61,479 bases of DNA, taken from IMG/VR virus record IMGVR_UViG_3300038962_000175, positions 1 through 61,479 of that record. One strand, given 5' to 3'. A program made the translations under genes and the position numbers. Below, one piece after another: positions 56,681 to 61,479 of this stretch (within the stretch, counting starts at the first letter, position 1; every line of letters begins with the position of its first letter). Origin of the DNA: a virus (Duplodnaviria; Caudoviricetes). The notes beneath the pieces are model-generated. The model was not told the origin of the DNA. It worked only from the letters and a program-made list of their open reading frames with translations, and searched no databases.

Positions 56681-57296
56681 GTTGATTCTCCTCATTTGTT
56701 ACATATCTGGTAAGGTATTTTTCGTACAGAGTGGGAATTCCTTCCCGAATTAGACGATCTGATTCTATCCTCTCCTCGTGGGATAGTCTGAATTTGTGAT
56801 GGTCTTTTTTGTTGCCGCCGGTAATTGATGGTCCTAACGACGAAGAGTATAGACTGATGGATTTAGTTTTGTGGTCTTCGTAGTTTGACATAAACTTTTC
56901 AAACACAACTCTTTCGCACCCTATAAAATTCGCTAACTCTAGGATGATTTTCCTTGGTTCGGATATTAGATCTTCATAATAAATATGCATTTTTTTGTTC
57001 GGCCAAGAGTCATAAATCTCTATTCCTTCTGTATATTCTTTGTTAAGAGCTATGTCGGCAACTTTTTCTGGCGTTGCTTCTTCTTCAAATAGTTGATGTC
57101 TTAATATTGCCTCTTTATAGTCTCTGACCATAAAGATCATCCAATAATTTTCGTTCCAACTACTTATTCCACGATGACCCGGAAAACTAGCGCCTCCATG
57201 AGCCTTTATGTAATTAGAAACACCAAAACATCCACATATATATTCTACCCACGTGTTGCCAGATCTTGGATGTCCTAATCCGTAAATATTTATCAT
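56664..57296 (-). CDS. Sulfotransferase family protein
   Basis: HPRSGNTW, VRD, YYEDL. Confidence 0.8.
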   Translation of the reverse strand: MINIYGLGHPRSGNTWVEYICGCFGVSNYIKAHGGASFPGHRGISSWNENYWMIFMVRDYKEAILRHQLFEEEATPEKVADIALNKEYTEGIEIYDSWPNKKMHIYYEDLISEPRKIILELANFIGCERVVFEKFMSNYEDHKTKSISLYSSSLGPSITGGNKKDHHKFRLSHEERIESDRLIREGIPTLYEKYLTRYVTNEENQHAKFT

Positions 57297-57586
57297 TCCT
57301 CGTCTTGTTCCTTTGGAACGCACTTACCGTCCTTTTCTACATATCCTTCATTGCAATTTGGAGGATAGCCAGCCTTTTCGTCGGCATAAATCTTAGCAGC
57401 TTTATTTAAAATGTGCTCGTCTTTCATAATTTCACCTTTAGACTCTCTAATAAAAACTAAAGTTCTTCCACTCTTTTTATAAAGACCTTTTCTGGAGTAT
57501 TGGTAAAGTTCTCCAGTTCTAACATCCTTGTAGATAAATACCGCAGCAGAAGATTCGTTTGGTTTATTGGGATTTGGAGAGGGCAT
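57293..57586 (-). CDS. Hypothetical protein
   Basis: 97 aa; C-terminal PPNCNEGYVEKDGKCVP disulfide-loop-like motif. Confidence 0.6.
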   Translation of the reverse strand: MPSPNPNKPNESSAAVFIYKDVRTGELYQYSRKGLYKKSGRTLVFIRESKGEIMKDEHILNKAAKIYADEKAGYPPNCNEGYVEKDGKCVPKEQDEE

Positions 57587-58676
57587 TTATTATCTCCCGT
57601 GCAGAGTTATTCCAAGAATACTTTTTTGCGGTTTCCAATCCTGCATGGTTTACACCAAGAGTATTGTTTTGTTTTGATTCATGGATTAATTGCATATGTT
57701 TAGATATTGATTCGATTTCGGATTCTGATATTTTAGCCCAATTGCCCTGACCTTTAAACCATTTTCCATCAAAGGCTTCTTCTTTTTCTTTAGCCTCGAC
57801 AAGTAGACAATTTTGTTCGTTACAGAATTCCGTATGGGCAGAATAGTTGGTTGCTATTACATGCTTTCCACAAGCCATCATTTCCAGTAGCTCTAGATTC
57901 CAGCCCTCTGCTCTGGCGGGGAAGACTCCGCAATCAGTTTTCCTCATTATATTATACACATCTTTTTGTGACTGCTGGCGTGGAATGATGAAAACTTTCT
58001 CGCCCAAATCAGATGAGGTATATAAGTTCTGCCATTCTAAATTCTCGTTTTCAGAAAAAAATATGTTGGTACATAACATCCAAAGTTCTACGTTATCCTC
58101 CCTACTAAAAGCTTTATTGAATGCTTTCACTAAAATATCGTGACCCTTCCTAACCTCCCACTTTCCACAGTTAAAGAAAATAGTTTTCTTGTCATTGTCT
58201 GGTTTATCCTGAAATACCGATGCAAAAAGACCAGAATCAACACCTAGTGGTATAACATGTATATTTTCTTCTGACACAACCTCTTGTTCTATACAAACAT
58301 CTTTAGCCCAAGAAGAACAAACAAAAATTTTATCTAGATGTCGTAGGTGATGTCTCTCAATATCGTTGAATCTGTCTAGTTCAAATATGGGAAATCCTAT
58401 TTTTAAACCAGACCCCACAAATTGCGCCATATCATTCTGATGCCATATCCTAATGCATGGTGCTGTAAAGTCTGGAGTGTGCGAGTTTTTTATTGCCGTC
58501 TTTACTAAGTCGTGATGTGATGGATCGCACTCTGGAGCACCTATAGGCCAAAAGGACACTTCCGAAAACTCGGAAAGTGCCCTTAAAATATTTAAACCAA
58601 CTAGACCGTAGCCCAGTTGGTTTATTGGAGATATAAGGTTTACTTTGCTTTTCATACTAATTTCATTTCCCGCCAA
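57564..58676 (-). CDS. GT4 glycosyltransferase
   Basis: GYG, GKWEVRKG.D.L..AF, ARAEGWNL..LEMMACG. Confidence 0.9.
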   Translation of the reverse strand: MAGNEISMKSKVNLISPINQLGYGLVGLNILRALSEFSEVSFWPIGAPECDPSHHDLVKTAIKNSHTPDFTAPCIRIWHQNDMAQFVGSGLKIGFPIFELDRFNDIERHHLRHLDKIFVCSSWAKDVCIEQEVVSEENIHVIPLGVDSGLFASVFQDKPDNDKKTIFFNCGKWEVRKGHDILVKAFNKAFSREDNVELWMLCTNIFFSENENLEWQNLYTSSDLGEKVFIIPRQQSQKDVYNIMRKTDCGVFPARAEGWNLELLEMMACGKHVIATNYSAHTEFCNEQNCLLVEAKEKEEAFDGKWFKGQGNWAKISESEIESISKHMQLIHESKQNNTLGVNHAGLETAKKYSWNNSAREIINALSKSQ

Positions 58677-58843
58677 ACGAAACAGTTAATAGATATCCAT
58701 AGAAGTAATTCAGTCTCTAGGGAGGGATGGAAACTATTCATCGCTGCCGTGAAGACTGCTCCAAACATGAACCCGTAGGCGGCATATTTAGAATAGTCTC
58801 CCAGACCTAAATCAAGTCGAGACATTCTTAACCCCAGCTTCAA
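58652..58843 (-). CDS. Small membrane protein
   Basis: Two hydrophobic segments. Confidence 0.45.
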   Translation of the reverse strand: MKLGLRMSRLDLGLGDYSKYAAYGFMFGAVFTAAMNSFHPSLETELLLWISINCFVWREMKLV

Positions 58844-58917
58844 ATTTCATTTTATCCCTTGCCTATAAATAGGCATCCGCAAGAATCAAGCAGACAAGAA
58901 TGAGAAAAAGATATCCT

Positions 58918-59181
58918 TCAGGACACATTACTGCCGTCTTGTTTTCTGTACCAGATTAATCTGGAAGAATCGTAACGATTGGGATCTGCTAACCCGCTAT
59001 CTACACGAGATTTTTCAGTAGTGTAGTAGCCATGCTCATCATGCAGCACAACCTTATTTTCATCATCAAGTTTTTTTGTCTCTTCTTCATCAATCATCTC
59101 CGCATGACTTCCGTAGCGAGACCTGTACTTATAAGCCTCTGGCGGCTTGATGATTCTTTTCTGTCTAAGTTGTCTAACCAT
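58918..59181 (-). CDS. Hypothetical protein
   Basis: Likely start MVRQLRQK with GGAG RBS. Confidence 0.6.
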   Translation of the reverse strand: MVRQLRQKRIIKPPEAYKYRSRYGSHAEMIDEEETKKLDDENKVVLHDEHGYYTTEKSRVDSGLADPNRYDSSRLIWYRKQDGSNVS

Positions 59182-59734
59182 CGTTAACTCCATACACTTT
59201 GTTAAAGTCAAAAAATCTCCACCTGTTAAGGTGGGCTACATTAGATTCGCTGTAGTTCACTTCATCTAAGTACTCAAGCAGTTCTTCCCAGTTGCTAAAG
59301 ATTAGCTGGTGGGGAACTACACCAAACACCCAATTAGGGGCGTTGGCTTTACCCTGCTTGCATCTAATCAATACGGGCTTCTTCTGCGACAAGGCTAGGA
59401 ATGCCTCATGATACGATCCGCACAGGTGTACGTCAAGGTCTAAGTTCATGACAATAAAATGCGCTATATCAACCATGCGAAGATCTACGGCGCATATGGG
59501 TTTCATCATGTCCGAGATTTCATCATATTTCTCATTGATCTTAAGCGTGTTAATATTATCTCTAATCGCATTATCTTCTTTTGCGTAATCACTAGGCTTG
59601 TCACATGGGTTAAAAACTCCTACCCCCATGTTTTTAATTTTTTTAGAAATATAGTCCCTCCACTCGGTCCCACCATCTGGAACCCTATCCATCGGACCAC
59701 AAAGATAACATGTCATCCCCTTAAGTCTGTTCAT
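59174..59734 (-). CDS. Nucleoside 2-deoxyribosyltransferase-like protein
   Basis: YLCGPM...WR, FNP, DLRMVD, GS.HE, KPV. Confidence 0.8.
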   Translation of the reverse strand: MNRLKGMTCYLCGPMDRVPDGGTEWRDYISKKIKNMGVGVFNPCDKPSDYAKEDNAIRDNINTLKINEKYDEISDMMKPICAVDLRMVDIAHFIVMNLDLDVHLCGSYHEAFLALSQKKPVLIRCKQGKANAPNWVFGVVPHQLIFSNWEELLEYLDEVNYSESNVAHLNRWRFFDFNKVYGVNDG

Positions 59735-59750
59735 GACTAACGGTCTCCAA

Positions 59751-59791
59751 TAAAAATACCGCCCCCGCATCACTAAGGAGTGCGGGGACGG
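59751..59791 (-). terminator. Rho-independent terminator
   Basis: Minus strand CCGTCCCCGCA...TGCGGGGGCGG (one G-U pair) followed by TATTTTTA, downstream of the rIIB-like gene. Confidence 0.85.
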
Positions 59792-59815
59792 CTGGCGAGG
59801 AAGTCTCAGTAGATA

Positions 59816-60652
59816 TCAGTAAGTGTCTGAATCATCTTGCTCTTCGTATTCTTCACCGTTTGAGGAACCCATAAGGTTGGACATGAATTCAGTAAACTGC
59901 TCTTCGGTCCAAGGCTCGCCATCTTCTGACTTATGGACAAGACTCTTAAGCGGACCTTCATAGTCGGCAATAACCTGATATTCACAGGTTCGGACCTTCT
60001 GACATTCACAGTCAGTTGGGACCGACACAACATCCTTGGGGTTGACCTTAACGATGACCACACGGTCACCAGCATGTTCGGCCCGGTAACCTTCGACGTA
60101 TTCCAATGCTCCACAGTGAAGCCCATCAGAACAACCAACACTACAGTCATCGTTAACCTTACGGCGCTGCATACTAACAGTCTCGCCAACACTGTTATCA
60201 ATGGTCCGAGACCACTTATCCTTATAATCACTAGTCACGGCCTTGTAAGCAAGGAAGCAACCATCTTCTGTGATAGGAAGGTTCTTATGCTCAAGGAATG
60301 TATACAGTTCTTGAACAGCACGATTACTATGATTCTCCAAGACGTTAGCCAAGAACTTAACCATAGGCTCGAAGGGGAAACCATTACGCATCATTCCCAT
60401 AATGCGCTCAGTAAGACTGTTGTGGATTTCCTCACCATCATAGCGAAGAACACCATTAGTAACAGTAACCTTACCTTCTGCATAATCTTCGATAGCAGAG
60501 GGAATGTCAATCAGTTCAACAATGTTTTCTGCATCGTCATTAACGATACATTCTTTGATAGCCATGTAGTTAGGATGGTCGTAACCAACCGTAAAACTCT
60601 GGTTATCAATAACAATCGTAATCGTTCCGTTTCCGCTGACAATATAATTCAT
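59816..60652 (-). CDS. rIIB: T4 rIIB-like protein
   Basis: ELYTFL, ITEDG.FLAYK.V, DNSVG..V.M.R..V, CS.GLH, VKVNPKDVVSVP.D..K.R.C.Y. Confidence 0.88.
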   Translation of the reverse strand: MNYIVSGNGTITIVIDNQSFTVGYDHPNYMAIKECIVNDDAENIVELIDIPSAIEDYAEGKVTVTNGVLRYDGEEIHNSLTERIMGMMRNGFPFEPMVKFLANVLENHSNRAVQELYTFLEHKNLPITEDGCFLAYKAVTSDYKDKWSRTIDNSVGETVSMQRRKVNDDCSVGCSDGLHCGALEYVEGYRAEHAGDRVVIVKVNPKDVVSVPTDCECQKVRTCEYQVIADYEGPLKSLVHKSEDGEPWTEEQFTEFMSNLMGSSNGEEYEEQDDSDTY

Positions 60653-60682
60653 CTCAATTCCTCGCACTGGTTAAGGTAGTTC

Positions 60683-61147
60683 TTACAGGTCCAGTTGTGC
60701 ATCTTTTGAAGCCTGAGTCTTTTCAATCTCTAGCTCTAGTGTGTCTGTCGCGTTATCAAAATCAGGCTTCTTGATAACATCGGGCTTAACCGGAATGGGC
60801 TTATCGGTGGGAAATGATTCCCCCTTTTCCATTTTAGCCATCTCTTCTCTTTGGTCAAGACCTCGCTGGTAACCCTCATGCCAAACAGAATGATAATCTT
60901 TCGGGTTGGTAAGGTATTCAACAATACCTTCCATGCGGCCCTGACTACGAAGACCATCTTCGTTGTCCTGACTCAACTTGTTAAGCATAATGTGGGTGAT
61001 CTCATTTGCCCACTCTTGGTTAATCTCACTGCGAGCGTCTGATAGTTCGACCAGACGTTTCAGATGGGCATTTTTACCTTCAATGTAGATCCCATAATTA
61101 ACCATTGTAGCAATAGCAACACACAAGGTAGGTACTAGCATTTTCAT
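60683..61147 (-). CDS. Hypothetical protein with N-terminal TM/signal
   Basis: Hydrophobic N-terminus; WHEGYQRG motif. Confidence 0.65.
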   Translation of the reverse strand: MKMLVPTLCVAIATMVNYGIYIEGKNAHLKRLVELSDARSEINQEWANEITHIMLNKLSQDNEDGLRSQGRMEGIVEYLTNPKDYHSVWHEGYQRGLDQREEMAKMEKGESFPTDKPIPVKPDVIKKPDFDNATDTLELEIEKTQASKDAQLDL

Positions 61148-61173
61148 CTGTCATAATCCTTTTAGTCAGTTGT

Positions 61174-61437
61174 TTATTCTACTATCAGTTGTGGTTGTAG
61201 TAGAGCTTTCTTTACTTCTTTTCTGATCACTTGTTCAGTGAGCATTCCAATCATAACAACGTCTTCCGCACTCATCTTGTTAAGAGCCTTTCTTAATTTA
61301 CGCCTCCTGTTTTCTCCTTGAAGTATGTTAATAGTTTTCTCAATTACTTTCTTTTTGCTCATGTAATCCGATTCACTGGGATTAAAAATGCGCTCTTTGT
61401 TAGTTTTAAGGTCTTTTCCTGATACGTAGTGGGGCAT
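61174..61437 (-). CDS. Hypothetical basic protein
   Basis: 87-aa ORF with GAGG RBS. Confidence 0.55.
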   Translation of the reverse strand: MPHYVSGKDLKTNKERIFNPSESDYMSKKKVIEKTINILQGENRRRKLRKALNKMSAEDVVMIGMLTEQVIRKEVKKALLQPQLIVE

Positions 61438-61479
61438 AATTTTATCCTCTCAAAAAATCGTGCCTATTTGATATAAATC

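Larger units (their letters stand above)
1..61479 (-). mobile_element. Segment of a large (probably jumbo) dsDNA bacteriophage genome
   Basis: One coding strand with tight overlaps; phage-typical replication and nucleotide set (rIIB, nrdJ, thyX, dut, phoH, dNMP kinase, recA, dnaB, dnaG, dnaE, ssb, sigma); many small orphans; no cellular housekeeping genes. No capsid or terminase gene in the window. Confidence 0.85.

Noticed and set aside
58863-58928. 21-aa hydrophobic ORF (MCPEGYLFLILVCLILADAYL)
   Set aside because: Too short and no clear RBS; possible but unsupported.
59933-60679. 248-aa antisense ORF and 141-aa alternate-frame ORF (59806-60231) over rIIB
   Set aside because: Best explained by the codon bias of rIIB leaving other frames open; no protein motifs.
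1-61479. Plus-strand ORFs of 60-250 aa in the ORF track
   Set aside because: They lie antisense to well-supported minus-strand genes and show no recognisable motifs, so I treat them as shadow ORFs.
1-61479. CRISPR array, tRNA/rRNA, DGR/retron, IS element
   Set aside because: I saw no spaced direct repeats, cloverleafs, reverse transcriptase or transposase, and the intergenic gaps are very short. Checked by eye only.
1-61479. Alternative genetic code (stop-codon reassignment)
   Set aside because: TAA, TAG and TGA all end full-length conserved proteins, and coding density is high under code 11.

Overview
This 61.5-kb window is gene-dense, and essentially every credible gene lies on the minus strand, many coupled by overlapping stop/start codons (ATGA, TAATG). 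The gene set points to a large dsDNA bacteriophage rather than a cellular chromosome: rIIB-like protein, class II RNR, ThyX, dUTPase, dCMP deaminase, dNMP kinase, PhoH, RecA-like, DnaB, DnaG, split DnaE, SSB and a minimal sigma factor, with no ribosomal or housekeeping genes. No capsid or terminase gene is visible, so this assignment is an inference. In transcription order (right to left) there are four blocks. (1) 61.4-54.0 kb: small hypothetical genes, rIIB-like, an NDT-like protein, a GT4 plus sulfotransferase pair, a Cys-rich metallothionein-like peptide and a stand-alone probable virion protein. (2) 53.9-48.0 kb: an unusual envelope/export module with two signal-peptide trypsin-like proteases, a permuted NlpC/P60 amidase, several holin-like membrane peptides and a Tat substrate. 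(3) 47.6-24.9 kb: nucleotide metabolism, recombination and a bacterial-type replisome whose DnaE is split into two intein-free genes with a DEDDh exonuclease between them. (4) 24.9 kb to the left edge: a glycan island of at least 24 genes with about 11 glycosyltransferases, a GT29 sialyltransferase-like enzyme, KdsA, a CMP-ulosonate synthetase, a DapA-like aldolase, methyl-, acetyl-, amino- and sulfotransferases and a 2OG-Fe(II) dioxygenase. The best candidates for an undescribed system are the phage-encoded ulosonic-acid/GT29 glycosylation pathway, the protease/amidase/holin/Tat module and the re-wired replisome. I saw no tRNA, rRNA, CRISPR array, intein or IS element. All calls come from motifs recognised by eye; no searches were run.
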